Assembly (NCBI GenBank): GCA_964409955.1
Contig: CAYPEY010000005.1
Location: forward strand, 700 to 64,699
Direction: 5' to 3'
Source: an uncultured Staphylococcaceae bacterium
GTDB taxonomy: Bacteria; Bacillota_I; Bacilli_A; ML615J-28; CAG-313
Length of the DNA: 64,000 nt
Under the pieces are notes generated by a model. That model was given only the letters and a program-made list of their open reading frames with translations, searched no databases and was not told where the DNA came from. Numbering within the stretch: position 1 is the stretch's first letter; each line of letters begins with the position of its first letter. A program made the translations under genes and the position numbers. Positions 18,537 to 30,605 of the stretch are shown here, one piece after another.

Positions 18537-19811
18537 ATGCTAGACGAAATTTTATATAAAGAACAATTAGAATTAATTAAAGAATATGTGAAAAAGCATC
18601 AATACATCTCTATTCCAAAAATTAATGAAATTTTTGAAAATAAATTAGATGATGATACTTTAGATGACGTAGTAGAATATTTAGAAAATGCAGGAGTTGA
18701 AATCACTCTATCAAAAGATAATGAAGAAACTCCTAATGAAGAAGAACTATTAGCTGATAGCATCGATGATGATTTTGAAGCATTTGTTGAAGATTTAGAA
18801 ACAGATGATGAATTAAATGAACTAGCATCAGTAGTTGATAGTGAAATCAAGGTAGCTGATTTTGATGAAATTATAGGTTCAAATTATTCTGCAGATGATC
18901 CAGTTAAAATGTATTTAAGAGATATTGGCCAAGTTGAATTATTAACTGTTACTCAAGAATCAGAATTTGCAAGAATGTATCAAGAAGCTTTAATGTGTCA
19001 AGATAAAATTGAAGCTTATAAGAAAAATGGAAAACATTTATCTGATGAAGAATTAGAAATACTAAATGAAAAAATCGAAATGGGTGAAGAAGCTAGAAAG
19101 ATTTTAATCGAGTCTAACTTAAGATTGGTTGTATTTATCGCAAAAAAATATATTGGACGTGGTTTACCATTACTTGATTTAATCCAAGAAGGTAATATGG
19201 GGTTAATGAAAGCTGTTAATAAGTTTGACCCTACCAAAGGATTTAAATTTGCAACATATGCTACTTGGTGGATTAGACAAGCTATTACAAGAGCTATTGC
19301 TGACTATGCAAGAACAATCAGAATTCCCGTTCATATGGTTGAAACTATTAATAAACTTGTAAGAACTACAAGACGATTAACTCAAGAAAAACGTAGAGAG
19401 CCTACTCCAGAAGAAATTGCAGCAGAAATGAAAATTTCAGTTGAAAAAGTACAAACTATTCAACGTATTGCACAAGAACCTGTTTCATTTGACGCAACAG
19501 TTGGTGAGGATGAAGATTCAAGCTACGGAGATTTCATTGCAGATAATGAAACACTAAACCCACTTGAATATACTCAAAACATGATTTATCGTGAAGAAAT
19601 TGAAAAAGTATTACAAACACTTACTCCACGTGAAGAAAAAGTTATTCGTCTTCGTTATGGACTTGATGATAATCGTCCAAGAACATTAGAAGAAGTTGGT
19701 AAAGAATTTGATGTTACAAGAGAACGTATTAGACAAATTGAAGCTAAAGCATTAAGAAGATTAAGACATCCAAGTCGTTTAAAACGTTTAGAACAACATC
19801 GTGTAAAATAA
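18537..19811 (+). CDS. sigA: Primary RNA polymerase sigma factor (SigA/RpoD)
   Basis: 424 aa. Acidic N-terminus, region 2 [19 protein letters not shown] and region 4 [19 protein letters not shown]. Follows dnaG. Confidence 0.95.
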   Translation: MLDEILYKEQLELIKEYVKKHQYISIPKINEIFENKLDDDTLDDVVEYLENAGVEITLSKDNEETPNEEELLADSIDDDFEAFVEDLETDDELNELASVVDSEIKVADFDEIIGSNYSADDPVKMYLRDIGQVELLTVTQESEFARMYQEALMCQDKIEAYKKNGKHLSDEELEILNEKIEMGEEARKILIESNLRLVVFIAKKYIGRGLPLLDLIQEGNMGLMKAVNKFDPTKGFKFATYATWWIRQAITRAIADYARTIRIPVHMVETINKLVRTTRRLTQEKRREPTPEEIAAEMKISVEKVQTIQRIAQEPVSFDATVGEDEDSSYGDFIADNETLNPLEYTQNMIYREEIEKVLQTLTPREEKVIRLRYGLDDNRPRTLEEVGKEFDVTRERIRQIEAKALRRLRHPSRLKRLEQHRVK

Positions 19812-19860
19812 AAATACAAATGTTTTATGCATTTGTATTTTTTGAAAAAAAGAGGATAAT

Positions 19861-20532
19861 ATGTTATCAATAAGATTAAGTAAAGTATTAGAGATGATAG
19901 ATAGTGATAAAAAATTAGCTGATATTGGTTGTGACCATGGCTATCTAGCAAAAGAAGCTATAAATAAAGGGGTTTCTTTTGTTCAACTTGTAGATAATAA
20001 AGAAATGCCACTAAACGTAGCAAGAAAAAATTTGAAAGATGATGAGAAAAAAGCAACTATTGTATATACACTTGCTGATGGATTATCTGCAATAAATGAA
20101 AATATTAATGTAGTTGCCATTTGTGGGATGGGATCTGAGTTAATATCTTCAATTATAACTGATAATTTAGATGTAGTTAAAAAAATGGACTATTTAGTGC
20201 TTGAAGCTAATTCTAAAAACCATATTTTAAGAGAAACTTTATCTGATAATAAACTTGAAATTATCGATGAAGATATTGTTTTTGATAAAGGTAAATACTA
20301 TGAAATTATAAAAGCAAGGTATAACCCTAAAATATCTGCTCTCACAGCAACTGAAATTTATTTTGGCCCATTGTTATTAAAGGAACGCTCTAAAACTTTC
20401 TTAAATTATCTAAATAACAAATTAGAAAATCTTAATAAAATTTTAAATCAACTAGATATTAATGATGAAAAATATCAAATTTTAAATAAAGAAAGAATTG
20501 AAATAATGGAGGTATTAAATGAAACAAACTAA
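19861..20532 (+). CDS. trmK: tRNA (adenine22-N1)-methyltransferase
   Basis: 223 aa. LADIGCDHGYLA SAM motif. Follows sigA, as yqfN does in Bacillus. Confidence 0.85.
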   Translation: MLSIRLSKVLEMIDSDKKLADIGCDHGYLAKEAINKGVSFVQLVDNKEMPLNVARKNLKDDEKKATIVYTLADGLSAINENINVVAICGMGSELISSIITDNLDVVKKMDYLVLEANSKNHILRETLSDNKLEIIDEDIVFDKGKYYEIIKARYNPKISALTATEIYFGPLLLKERSKTFLNYLNNKLENLNKILNQLDINDEKYQILNKERIEIMEVLNETN

Positions 20533-21307
20533 AATAACTCATTATTTAGAAACTAAATATCCTGTTAGTTTAGCCTCAAGTTTTGATCTTGGTAAGATTG
20601 GTTTACAATTTGGATCAAAAGAAAAAGAAATTAAAAAGATTTTGATAGCTCTTGATGGAACTATGGAAGTAATTGATGAGGCATTAGATAATAATGTAGA
20701 TTTATTAATAACTCATCATCCATTTATGTTTAATCCACTATTGAATTTAGATTATGATTCACCTTTTGGTAAAAAACTAATCAAAGTATTAGAAAATAAA
20801 TTAAATATCTATTCTATGCATACTAATTTTGATACATCATGTGGAGGCATGAATGACATACTTGCAAGTATCATCGGATTATCTAATGTTCACTCACATA
20901 AAGAAGAATTAGATAATAGCTGTTTCATAAGAATAGGTAATGTTGATACTGTAATTCTAAAAGATTTTGCGAACGATGTATTAGAAAAGTTAGATGAACC
21001 ATCAGGAAGAGTAGTTGGTGCACTTGATAAAAAGATATCTAAAGTTGGTATTGTTGGTGGTGCTGGTGCAAGCGAGTTAATGATTGCAATACGTCATAAA
21101 TGTGATTGTTTAATAACTGGTGAGGTAAAACATAATCAAGCCCTTGATGCTTTAGATTATGATATTGCGATTATAGAAGTAAGTCATAGTGTTGAATGTT
21201 TATTTAAAGATTATTTAAAAAAGGAACTAGAACTTGAGTTCCCAAGTGTGGAAATAATATTATCTACTAAAGATACATTACCTTTTAAACATATTATAAA
21301 AAAATAA
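20519..21307 (+). CDS. Nif3-family dinuclear metal-centre protein (YqfO-like)
   Basis: 262 aa. LITHHPFMF and GGAG...GE..H motifs. Confidence 0.85.
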   Translation: MKQTKITHYLETKYPVSLASSFDLGKIGLQFGSKEKEIKKILIALDGTMEVIDEALDNNVDLLITHHPFMFNPLLNLDYDSPFGKKLIKVLENKLNIYSMHTNFDTSCGGMNDILASIIGLSNVHSHKEELDNSCFIRIGNVDTVILKDFANDVLEKLDEPSGRVVGALDKKISKVGIVGGAGASELMIAIRHKCDCLITGEVKHNQALDALDYDIAIIEVSHSVECLFKDYLKKELELEFPSVEIILSTKDTLPFKHIIKK

Positions 21308-21346
21308 AATAAGACTCTAAGAGAATGCTTAGAGTCTTATTTTTTG
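21303..21346. terminator. Bidirectional terminator between the nif3-like and ferredoxin genes
   Basis: Perfect 11-bp stem aagactctaag/cttagagtctt with a 6-nt loop, flanked by A-rich and T-rich sequence. Confidence 0.85.
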
Positions 21347-21355
21347 ATTCGTTAA

Positions 21356-21523
21356 TTATTCTTCAACGATAGCTTCAACTGGGCAGTTACCTTCGCAAAC
21401 ACCGCAGTCTATACATTGATCAGGATCAATTGAATAGATATCACCTTCAGAAATACAGCTAACTGGGCATTCAGCTGCACATGTTCCACAAGCGATACAA
21501 GCATCTGTAATTTTTCTTGGCAT
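21356..21523 (-). CDS. Clostridial-type 2x[4Fe-4S] ferredoxin (55 aa, below the ORF-track cutoff)
   Basis: The reverse strand reads MPRKITDACIACGTCAAECPVSCISEGDIYSIDPDQCIDCGVCEGNCPVEAIVEE*. It has two CxxCxxCxxxCP motifs and SD ggagg 7 nt upstream. Confidence 0.88.
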   Translation of the reverse strand: MPRKITDACIACGTCAAECPVSCISEGDIYSIDPDQCIDCGVCEGNCPVEAIVEE

Positions 21524-21631
21524 AATTAATTCCTCCGTCTATTAAAATTATACTTAAATTATAGATTAAATTCATAAAAAAATCAAGAATATTGATAAGA
21601 AAAAAAGCAAAAAGTTAATTTCGCATATAAG

Positions 21632-21660
21632 TTGATAAAAAAAAGTTTTTTTGATATAAT
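21632..21660 (+). promoter_or_regulatory. Sigma-A promoter of yneF
   Basis: TTGATA, 17-bp spacer, TATAAT, with a TGA extended -10. Confidence 0.6.
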
Positions 21661-21693
21661 AGTATTAAAGAAGTAATCGAAAGGAGATTATAT

Positions 21694-21912
21694 ATGGTAC
21701 ATTGGGGATTTTTAGTAGGAGGAATCGTAGTTGCATTACTTGTTGGTGCTGTTATTGGTTTCTTAGTAACTAGAAAAATATTTGAAAAACAATTAAAAGA
21801 AAATCCACCTATCAATCGTGATATGATTCGTGCGATGTTCATGCAAATGGGAAGAAAACCTTCTGAAAAAGACATTACAAGAGTAATGAATTCTATGAAC
21901 CAATATAAATAA
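21694..21912 (+). CDS. yneF: UPF0154 small membrane protein YneF
   Basis: 72 aa. N-terminal TM segment followed by KENPPINRDMIRAMFMQMGRKPSE. Confidence 0.85.
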   Translation: MVHWGFLVGGIVVALLVGAVIGFLVTRKIFEKQLKENPPINRDMIRAMFMQMGRKPSEKDITRVMNSMNQYK

Positions 21913-21939
21913 TAAAAATAGTACTTGGAATGCCAAGTA

Positions 21940-22569
21940 CTATTTTTTCTTTTTAAATAATTCAGTTTTATTTTCTGATTTAGTTAATAATCTTTTAATA
22001 TTAGATCTATGTTTTATTACAACTAAGGTTGATAGAATGCATACAACTATAATCATATAAGGATCATCTACGCCTAGTATCCAGTAAAAAGGAATAGTTA
22101 AGGTTACTGCTAAGATTGAGCCAAGGGATACATACTTTGTTAGAAGAAGTGTAATAACAAATATTGAAAAAGCAATAATTGCAAAAGGCCAGTAGTATAC
22201 CGCAATTAGGCCTAAATAACTTGAAACACCTTTTCCACCTTTAAATTTTAAGAAGATAGGGAATAAGTGTCCGATGAATGAAGCAAGACCATAGAACATT
22301 GGATGAATCTTTAAAGTAAAGAAATCACTATCCCAAACAAGAATATATTTTGTTATGAATACAAATATCGTTGCTTTAAAAATATCAAGAAAGAAAACTA
22401 GAAAACCCCATTTTTTACCAAGTGTTCTTAAAGTATTGGTTGCGCCAATGTTGTGGCTTCCTTTTGTTCTAATGTCAATACCGTTTAATTTTCCAATCAA
22501 ATATCCAAAAGGAATAGAGCCTATAAGGTATGCAAGTATTAAAAAAATGATAGGTAAAGCTGTGCCCAT
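21940..22569 (-). CDS. plsY: Glycerol-3-phosphate acyltransferase PlsY
   Basis: 209 aa. YLIGSIPFGYLIGK...GSHNIGATN and KGGKGV motifs. Next to parE, as in Bacillus. Confidence 0.92.
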   Translation of the reverse strand: MGTALPIIFLILAYLIGSIPFGYLIGKLNGIDIRTKGSHNIGATNTLRTLGKKWGFLVFFLDIFKATIFVFITKYILVWDSDFFTLKIHPMFYGLASFIGHLFPIFLKFKGGKGVSSYLGLIAVYYWPFAIIAFSIFVITLLLTKYVSLGSILAVTLTIPFYWILGVDDPYMIIVVCILSTLVVIKHRSNIKRLLTKSENKTELFKKKK

Positions 22570-22704
22570 ATAATCACCTCGAGTTGTTTAAATTATACCA
22601 AAAAAAGGATAATTTTTCAACCTAAAAGGCATTAAAAAAGAAACAAAAAAAATGTCAAATTTTGATTTTTTCCATAGTTTAGTTATATTTTTTAATTATT
22701 TTTC

Positions 22705-22733
22705 TTGCCAAAAAATAAAGTTTATGTTATAAT
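22705..22733 (+). promoter_or_regulatory. Sigma-A promoter of parEC
   Basis: TTGCCA, 17-bp spacer, TATAAT, with a TGT extended -10. Confidence 0.65.
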
Positions 22734-22775
22734 AAAAAATGTAGTGTAAAAATTTTTAGAAAGTAAGGTGAAATC

Positions 22776-24716
22776 ATGGCAAAAAATGTAAATACTTATA
22801 ATGAAGATTCCATACAAGTCTTACAAGGACTAGAAGCCGTTAGAAAAAGACCAGGGATGTATATCGGGTCAACTGATTCAAGAGGGCTTCATCACCTCGT
22901 ATGGGAAATTGTCGATAATGCGATTGACGAAGCACTATCAGGCTATGGTTCTCAAATAATAGTAAATATTCATAAAGATAATAGTGTTGAAGTTATTGAT
23001 AATGGTCGTGGTATTCCAACTGGTATTCATAAAGTTGAAAAACGTCCGACACCAGAAGTAATCTTTAATACCTTACATGCCGGTGGTAAATTTGATGCCG
23101 AAGGCGGATATAAAGTATCAGGGGGATTACATGGTGTAGGTTCAAGTGTTGTTAATGCTTTAAGTGAATGGCTAACAGTAACAATTCACAGAGATGGTAA
23201 AATCTTTAATCAAACTTATCGTAATGGTGGCAAGATTATAGAAAAGCCAAAGAATCTTGGAGACACTAAAAGAACTGGATCTACAATTCACTTTAAACCT
23301 GATCCTAAAATCTTTTCAGTAACTATTTACGACTATAAAACAATTGCACAAAGGCTAAAAGAATCTGCATATTTAATTAAAGGGTTAAGAATTGAACTTA
23401 ACGATTTAAGAACAAATAAATCAGAAACATTCTTATTTGAAAATGGAATTGTTGAATTTATCAAGAGTTTAACAGCTGGAAAAGAAGCTTTATATGAACC
23501 GGTATCTCTTTCTGGGAATATGTTGAAAATTAACATTGAAGTTGCAGCGGTATATTGTGAAAAGAGCTTTAATGAAAATATACTATCTTTTGTTAATAAT
23601 ATTAGAACTCGTGATGGCGGAACTCATGAAGTAGGTTTCAAATCAGCATTTACAAGAGCATTTAATGAACATGCAAGATTAATAGGCGCTCTAAAAGAAA
23701 AAGATTTAAATTTAGAAGGTGCAGATATTCGTGAAGGTTTAACTGCAATCATTTCAGTTCGTATTCCTGAAGATTTATTACAATTTGAAGGACAAACTAA
23801 GAATAAACTAGGTACAGCTGAAGCTAAGATGGCAGTTGAACAAGTTGTTTATGAACAAATGAAAGCTTATCTTGCTGAAAACGGTCAAATCGCTAGTAAC
23901 TTAATAAATAGAGCTCTACGTGCTCTAAAAGCACGTGAAGCTGCTAAAAAAGCTCGTGATGAAATCCGAATGGTTAAACAAAAGACTTCTAAACCTGCTA
24001 ACTTAATAGGTAAACTTACACCAGCTCAATATAAGAATCCAGATAAGAATGAATTATTCTTAGTCGAAGGGGATTCTGCCGGTGGTACTGCAAAACAAGG
24101 TCGTGATAGAACATTCCAAGCAATTCTTCCTTTACGTGGTAAAGTTGTTAATACCGCAAAAGCAAAACTTGAAGAAGTTCTTAAAAATGAAGAAATAATG
24201 TCTATTATAAATGCTATAGGAGGAGGATTTGGTCCAGATTTTGATTATACTAAATCTAATTATAATAAAGTTATTATAATGACCGATGCCGATACCGATG
24301 GAGCTCACATTCAAACCCTACTTTTAACTTTCTTCTATCGTTATATGAAACCTCTTGTAGAACAAGGAATGGTTTATATTGCAACTCCACCTCTATATAA
24401 GATTACTTATAAATCTAATATTGAGTATGCATGGACTGATGAAGAGTTAAGAGAAAAGATTCAAAAACGTAATGTTCAAATTCAACGTTATAAAGGGTTA
24501 GGGGAAATGAATGACCAACAATTATGGGAAACTACAATGGATCCTACAAGAAGAACTTTAATAAAAGTATTAATAGGCGAAGATGGCGCTGCAGAAAATA
24601 AGATGAACATTCTTATGGGTGATGATGTTGAGCCTCGTAGAGAATGGATTGAAAATAATGTTGTATTTGACAATGATGATAATTTCATTTTGGAAGGAGG
24701 AATGCTAGATGAGTAG
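22776..24716 (+). CDS. parE: DNA topoisomerase IV subunit B
   Basis: 646 aa type IIA B subunit (GHKL, Toprim EGDSAGG, PLRGK). Called ParE rather than GyrB from the plsY-parE-parC context. Confidence 0.85.
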   Translation: MAKNVNTYNEDSIQVLQGLEAVRKRPGMYIGSTDSRGLHHLVWEIVDNAIDEALSGYGSQIIVNIHKDNSVEVIDNGRGIPTGIHKVEKRPTPEVIFNTLHAGGKFDAEGGYKVSGGLHGVGSSVVNALSEWLTVTIHRDGKIFNQTYRNGGKIIEKPKNLGDTKRTGSTIHFKPDPKIFSVTIYDYKTIAQRLKESAYLIKGLRIELNDLRTNKSETFLFENGIVEFIKSLTAGKEALYEPVSLSGNMLKINIEVAAVYCEKSFNENILSFVNNIRTRDGGTHEVGFKSAFTRAFNEHARLIGALKEKDLNLEGADIREGLTAIISVRIPEDLLQFEGQTKNKLGTAEAKMAVEQVVYEQMKAYLAENGQIASNLINRALRALKAREAAKKARDEIRMVKQKTSKPANLIGKLTPAQYKNPDKNELFLVEGDSAGGTAKQGRDRTFQAILPLRGKVVNTAKAKLEEVLKNEEIMSIINAIGGGFGPDFDYTKSNYNKVIIMTDADTDGAHIQTLLLTFFYRYMKPLVEQGMVYIATPPLYKITYKSNIEYAWTDEELREKIQKRNVQIQRYKGLGEMNDQQLWETTMDPTRRTLIKVLIGEDGAAENKMNILMGDDVEPRREWIENNVVFDNDDNFILEGGMLDE

Positions 24717-27177
24717 TAAAAATAATCTTTCTAAAAAAATGGAAAAGTTTGTTGAAGAATTCTTAACAGAAAATTTTGAAGATATTATGGGAGATAGATT
24801 TGGAAGATATTCAAAATATATCATTCAAGATCGTGCTCTTCCAGATGTTCGAGATGGTTTGAAACCTGTTCAACGTCGTATCTTATTTGCGATGTTTAAA
24901 TTAGGACTTTTCTCCAATAAACAATTTAAAAAATCAGCCCGTATCGTCGGGGACGTTATTGGTAAATATCATCCACATGGTGATACTGCAGTTTATGATG
25001 CAATGGTTAGAATGAGTCAAGACTTCAAAATTTTATTACCGCTTGTAGATATGCATGGTAATAATGGTAGTATTGATGGTGACCCTGCTGCCGCAATGCG
25101 TTATACAGAAGCCAGAATGAGTAAATACTCAGAACTTATGCTAGAGGATTTAGGAAAACATACAGTAGGTTTTGTTCCAAACTTTGATGATGAAGAACTT
25201 GAACCTATTGTCCTTCCATCAAAATTTCCAAATATCTTAGTTAATGGTGCTTCAGGTATTTCAGCTGGTTATGCAACAGAAATTCCTCCACATAATCCAG
25301 GTGAAGTAATTGATGCGACAATTTATAGAATCAATAATCCTGCTTGTACAGTTGATGAATTAATGCAATTTGTAAAAGGCCCAGATTTTCCAACAGGAGC
25401 TATCATTCAAGGATTAGATGGATTAAAGAGTGCATATGAAACTGGACGTGGAAAAGTAATTGTTAAATCAGATGTTGAGATAGATAGAAGTAAAGCTGAA
25501 CCTAAAATTATCATTTCTTCAATTCCATTTGATGTAAACAAGGCTGTGTTACTTAAAAAAATGAGCGATTCTCTTCAAGCGAAAAACATTGAAGGCGTTA
25601 AAATGATTCGTGATGAATCAAGTAGACAAGGTTTAAGAATTGTTATAGATATTAGACGTGATGTTAATCCAGAAAACATTTTAAATTTCTTATACAAACA
25701 AACTGATTTACAAACAACTTATAACTTTAATATGGTCGCAATATCACAAGGCCGTCCAATGCAAATGGGACTTGCGGACATATTAGATGCTTATATTGTT
25801 CACCAAAAAGAAGTAATTACAAATAGATGTAACTATGAACTAGAAAAATCTCTTAAACGTATTGAAATCGTTCAAGGTTTAATCTCAATGGTATCTATCT
25901 TAGATGCGGTTATTACAACAATCAGAAATTCTAAAAACAAGATGGATGCTAAAGAAAATATTATTTCTAAATATGGATTTACAGAAATTCAAGCTGAAGC
26001 TATTGTTACTTTACAATTATATCGTTTAACTAATACTGATATATTTGCTTTAAAGACAGAATATAATGAACTTGAAAAAGCTATTAAACAATTAAAACAT
26101 ATCTTATCTAGTGAAACTGCTTTACTAAAAACAGTAGTTGCGGAACTTACACGTGTTAAAGAAATAGTAAATGTTGAAAGAAAAACAAAGATTGAAGATG
26201 AAGTTGAAGAAGTCGAAGTTAATACTGAAGAATTCATCCCTAAAGAAGATGTAATGTTAATGATTACTCATGACGGATACTTAAAACGTCTAAGTAAGAA
26301 AGCATTCCTTGCAACAACAGAACCAACTAAACTTAAAGAAGGCGATGTTATCACTGATATTTACGAAGTATCAACTACTGATACCCTTCTACAATTCACT
26401 GACTTCGGAAATTACATATTCTTACCAATTCACAAGATTCCAGAGTGTAAACATAAAGATCTTGGCTTCCATGTAAGTACTTTAATTGGTATGGAACCTA
26501 ATGAAAAAGTAATATTCTCATTCCCTGTTGATGATTTCAATAAAGAACGATATGTATTACTTGCGACAAGATCAGGTTTAATCAAACGTATTCAATTATC
26601 TAGCTTACATGTGACTCGTTATTCTAAAGCATTAAAAGCTACCAAACTTAAAGATGGTGATTGCGTAGTTAGTGCTGACGTTGTAACAGGAAGTAACTAT
26701 GAAGTAGTAATAGCTACGAAAGACGGATTCATGAACCGTTATGATGCTTCCGAAGTTAGTATTATAGAACCTGCATCATTTGGTGTTAAATCTATAGAAC
26801 TTAAGAACAGACCTAATGACTATGTAGTAGGTGCTAAATATGTCAGTGAAAAAGATATTGTATTAATTCTTACTAATCGTGGTAATATTAAACGCTTAAG
26901 ACCTGAAGAAATTAATAAGGGTAAGAAGAACAACGTTGGTAAGATGTACTTAAAAGCTGTTAAGTCAAATATGCATGAAGCAATTGATTTAGAAGTCATT
27001 CACGGAAAGAATGCAAATTCTGATCTTGCAAGTTATGTATTCTGTGATGATAACTATGTAGATATTGATTATACATTACTTAGAACTGCGATAGCTGATA
27101 ACGGTAAAAAGTTTGTATCTAAAGGTAAACCTCAAGAAATTGTAGTTTGCCGAAATCAATTTGATTTAGAGTTATAA
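24709..27177 (+). CDS. parC: DNA topoisomerase IV subunit A
   Basis: 822 aa. [11 protein letters not shown] and [10 protein letters not shown] (catalytic Tyr). No GyrA-box noticed in the C-terminal domain. Confidence 0.85.
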   Translation: MSSKNNLSKKMEKFVEEFLTENFEDIMGDRFGRYSKYIIQDRALPDVRDGLKPVQRRILFAMFKLGLFSNKQFKKSARIVGDVIGKYHPHGDTAVYDAMVRMSQDFKILLPLVDMHGNNGSIDGDPAAAMRYTEARMSKYSELMLEDLGKHTVGFVPNFDDEELEPIVLPSKFPNILVNGASGISAGYATEIPPHNPGEVIDATIYRINNPACTVDELMQFVKGPDFPTGAIIQGLDGLKSAYETGRGKVIVKSDVEIDRSKAEPKIIISSIPFDVNKAVLLKKMSDSLQAKNIEGVKMIRDESSRQGLRIVIDIRRDVNPENILNFLYKQTDLQTTYNFNMVAISQGRPMQMGLADILDAYIVHQKEVITNRCNYELEKSLKRIEIVQGLISMVSILDAVITTIRNSKNKMDAKENIISKYGFTEIQAEAIVTLQLYRLTNTDIFALKTEYNELEKAIKQLKHILSSETALLKTVVAELTRVKEIVNVERKTKIEDEVEEVEVNTEEFIPKEDVMLMITHDGYLKRLSKKAFLATTEPTKLKEGDVITDIYEVSTTDTLLQFTDFGNYIFLPIHKIPECKHKDLGFHVSTLIGMEPNEKVIFSFPVDDFNKERYVLLATRSGLIKRIQLSSLHVTRYSKALKATKLKDGDCVVSADVVTGSNYEVVIATKDGFMNRYDASEVSIIEPASFGVKSIELKNRPNDYVVGAKYVSEKDIVLILTNRGNIKRLRPEEINKGKKNNVGKMYLKAVKSNMHEAIDLEVIHGKNANSDLASYVFCDDNYVDIDYTLLRTAIADNGKKFVSKGKPQEIVVCRNQFDLEL

Positions 27178-27243
27178 ATGTTTGCAAAAATTTAGTTTAA
27201 TTATTTAATATGTGATATAATATCACAAGTGAGGTAAATTAAT

Positions 27244-29280
27244 ATGTTTAAAATTGCAATAGATGGACCTGCCGGAAGTGGCAAATCAACAATTTCTAAA
27301 ATCATAGCTAAAAAGTTAGGCTATGAATACATTGATACAGGCGCAATGTATAGAGCTATTACTTTAAAAGCTATGGAACTTGGTATTAATATGGAAGATG
27401 AATCAGCTTATTCATTCTTACAAACTACTGAACTTGACATTTGTAATGGACGTTTCATTATGGATGGACGTGATGTTAGTGAAGAAATCAGAAGTGTTGA
27501 AGTAACAAATAATGTTTCAACTCCTTCTAGAATCGGTGTAGTTAGAGATTATTTAGTTGACTACCAAAGAAAAATAAGTAATTCTAAAAACTGTATTATG
27601 GATGGTAGAGATATTGGTACTGTAGTTTTAAGAGATGCTTCACTAAAAATTTATTTAGACGCATCAGTAGCCTGTCGTGCAAAAAGAAGAATGCTTGAAA
27701 GAGCTGAAAAAGGAGTTATCTTACCACTTGAAGATACTATTTATGAAATAGAACTTCGTGATTGGAAAGATTCTACAAGACTCCATAGCCCTCTAAGATG
27801 TGCAGAGGATGCTATAGTCATTGATAGTTCCGATTTATCAATTGATGAAGTAGTTAGTCGGATTTTAAATTTAGTTATTGAGAGGACAAAGAAAATGAGT
27901 AAAAACACTTACTATGAAGGACAAAATGTCAAAGGTTGTATCGTAAATGTTACAAAAGAAGCAATCTATTTAATGGTTGGAGAAGATGAAAAAGCAGTAA
28001 TCTATTCTAACGATTTAAAAGATTATCAAGAAAATCAAAAATTATACAATGTATATCATGAAGGTGAAGAATTTGTTGCAACAGTTAAAACTGTAACAAA
28101 AGATAAAAAAACTGGTGAAACTTTATACATTCTTTCAACAAAATTAGAAGATGAAAAAGAAAAATTATCATTATTTGAAGAAATCAAAGAAAATGATGAA
28201 ATCATCCAAGCTAAAGTAGTTAAAGTTACAAATGCTGGAGCAGACTTAGAATATAAAGGGTTCAAATTATTCTTACCTATCAAATACATTGATGTAAAAG
28301 AAGAAGCTTTAAGAAGCTTAAGAGGTCAAACATTAGATGTTATGGTAGTATTTGTAAATAAAGAACGTTTACAAGTTACTGTATCTAATGTAATGGCAAT
28401 GAAAAAGCAATACAGACTTGCTAAGGAAGCTGCTTATGCTGCAATTTCTGAAGGTATGGAAATTGAAGGTACAGTAGAAAATGTTCTTCCTTATGGAGCT
28501 ATCGTTAACCTTGGAGAAGTAAGTGGTTTATTACATCAATCAGAAATAGATCATAAACCTGTTAGAAATGTATCTGCAGTTCTAAAAGCAGGTGACAAAG
28601 TTAAAGTTAAAGTATTAAAAATCGAAGGTCAAAAAATTGCTTTATCTAAAAAAGCATTATATGCTCATCCTTGGGATGTATTAAAAGGGCAATATTCTGA
28701 AGGAATGGTATTTGATGGAACAGTTGAAAAAGTAATTCCAGCTGGTTTAATTATCAAACTTACTGATGATTATTCAGGATTAATGCCAAGAAGCGAATAT
28801 TCATGGTTTGCTAATGTTAAAGTAGATGACAATGTTAAAGAAGGTGATACTTTAACAGTTAAAGTTATGACAATTGATGATGCTAAACACAGAATTAGCT
28901 TATCTCATAGAGAAACTTTAGAAAATACTTGGAAAGATATCGAAGTTCGTCGTGGAGACAAAATTGAAGTTGAAGTAGCTTCAGTTAATGAAAAAGGTGC
29001 TTTAGTTAACTATAAAAATGTTCAAGGTTTCTTACCAGTTAATGAAGTAACTGCTGCTAAACGTATTTCAAAAGTTGATGAAGTATTCCCTGTTGGAACA
29101 GTTGTTGAAGTATTAGTTCAAGATTGTGATCCAAGTGTTGCTAAACTTCGTGTTAGTGCTAAAGCAATTGAAGTTGCAAAAGAAAGAGAAACTTTCGATA
29201 AATATTTAAAAGTTCAAGAAGAAGAAACACCTACAAATACAATCGGTGATTTACTAGGAAACTTTAAATTAGACGAATAA
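27244..29280 (+). CDS. cmk-rpsA: Cytidylate kinase fused to ribosomal protein S1 (four S1 domains)
   Basis: One continuous 678-aa ORF. Residues 1-215 are Cmk (IAIDGPAGSGKST, DGRDIGT). Repeated S1/OB domains run from about residue 225. Confidence 0.85.
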   Translation: MFKIAIDGPAGSGKSTISKIIAKKLGYEYIDTGAMYRAITLKAMELGINMEDESAYSFLQTTELDICNGRFIMDGRDVSEEIRSVEVTNNVSTPSRIGVVRDYLVDYQRKISNSKNCIMDGRDIGTVVLRDASLKIYLDASVACRAKRRMLERAEKGVILPLEDTIYEIELRDWKDSTRLHSPLRCAEDAIVIDSSDLSIDEVVSRILNLVIERTKKMSKNTYYEGQNVKGCIVNVTKEAIYLMVGEDEKAVIYSNDLKDYQENQKLYNVYHEGEEFVATVKTVTKDKKTGETLYILSTKLEDEKEKLSLFEEIKENDEIIQAKVVKVTNAGADLEYKGFKLFLPIKYIDVKEEALRSLRGQTLDVMVVFVNKERLQVTVSNVMAMKKQYRLAKEAAYAAISEGMEIEGTVENVLPYGAIVNLGEVSGLLHQSEIDHKPVRNVSAVLKAGDKVKVKVLKIEGQKIALSKKALYAHPWDVLKGQYSEGMVFDGTVEKVIPAGLIIKLTDDYSGLMPRSEYSWFANVKVDDNVKEGDTLTVKVMTIDDAKHRISLSHRETLENTWKDIEVRRGDKIEVEVASVNEKGALVNYKNVQGFLPVNEVTAAKRISKVDEVFPVGTVVEVLVQDCDPSVAKLRVSAKAIEVAKERETFDKYLKVQEEETPTNTIGDLLGNFKLDE

Positions 29281-29294
29281 TAAGGTTAAGTCTT

Positions 29295-30605
29295 ATGAAA
29301 AGAGGTACAGTAGCGATTGTAGGGCGTCCGAATGTCGGTAAATCAAGTATCTTTAATAGACTTGCAGGTGAAAAATTAGCTATAACGGACGATCAAAGTG
29401 GTATTACACGTGATCGTCTTTATACTAAATGCGAATGGCTTGATCAAGAATTTTCTTTAATTGATACAGGTGGTATTGAGTTAAAGAACGTTGCTTTTAT
29501 GGATGAAATAAGAGCTCAAGCTCAACTTGCAATCGATGAAGCTGATTTGATTGTACTAGTAACTGATGGACGTGTAGGAATAACAAACGGAGACCGCGAT
29601 GTAGTAAATATCTTACATCGTAGTAAAAAACCTGTTATCGTTGCTGCAAACAAAATAGATGATGTAAAATTCATGGATAGTATCTATGAATTTTATAATT
29701 TAGGGGTAGATGAAGTCTTCCCGGTTAGTGCATTACACGGTATTGGGTTTGGAGATATGCTTGATAGAATCGTTCAACTTCTTCCAGAAAAGAAAGAAAA
29801 GAAATATGAAGATGCTATTGAGTTTTGTGTTATCGGTCAACCTAATGTTGGTAAGAGTTCACTGACTAACGCCATCTTAGGTACTGAACGTGTTATCGTA
29901 AGTGATGTTGCGGGGACAACAAGAGATGCAATTGACTCTAAATTTATTAGAGATGGTAAAAATTACGTAGTTATTGATACAGCCGGTATTAGAAAACAAG
30001 GTAAGATTTATGAAAATGCTGAAAAATATAGCGTACTACGTGCGATGAAAGCAATTGAAAGATCTAATATTGTCCTTGTTGTTCTAGATGGCACTAAAGA
30101 TATCGAAGAACAAGATAAAAGAGTTGCAGGATATGCTGCAGAAAACAATAAAGCTGTAATTATTGTTGTTAATAAATGGGATGCAGTAGATAAGGATGAA
30201 AAATCTATGAAAGAGTATACAGAAAAGATTAGAGAGCATTTCTTATTCTTAAAATATGCTCCAATCGTATTTGTATCAGCTCTTAAAAATCAACGCATTC
30301 ATACATTATTTGATGAAATTAAGCGAGTTAATGAAAACTATACTCGTAGAGTTTCAACTAATGTATTAAACGATGTTATCTTAGATGCGACGATAATGAG
30401 TCAAGCACCTATCTTTAATGGTGATAGAATTAGAGTATATTATGGTTCTCAAGTAGATACGATGCCTCCAACATTTGTACTATTTGTAAATGACCCAGTT
30501 TATATGCATTTTTCTTATCAAAGATATTTAGAAAATAAATTTAGAGAAGCATTTGAACTTGATGGAACTCCGTTAAAATTAATCTTAAGAAAGAAGGAAA
30601 GCTAA
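29295..30605 (+). CDS. der: Ribosome-biogenesis GTPase Der (EngA)
   Basis: 436 aa. Two GTPase domains (GRPNVGKSS and GQPNVGKSS) plus a KH-like C-terminus. Confidence 0.95.
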   Translation: MKRGTVAIVGRPNVGKSSIFNRLAGEKLAITDDQSGITRDRLYTKCEWLDQEFSLIDTGGIELKNVAFMDEIRAQAQLAIDEADLIVLVTDGRVGITNGDRDVVNILHRSKKPVIVAANKIDDVKFMDSIYEFYNLGVDEVFPVSALHGIGFGDMLDRIVQLLPEKKEKKYEDAIEFCVIGQPNVGKSSLTNAILGTERVIVSDVAGTTRDAIDSKFIRDGKNYVVIDTAGIRKQGKIYENAEKYSVLRAMKAIERSNIVLVVLDGTKDIEEQDKRVAGYAAENNKAVIIVVNKWDAVDKDEKSMKEYTEKIREHFLFLKYAPIVFVSALKNQRIHTLFDEIKRVNENYTRRVSTNVLNDVILDATIMSQAPIFNGDRIRVYYGSQVDTMPPTFVLFVNDPVYMHFSYQRYLENKFREAFELDGTPLKLILRKKES

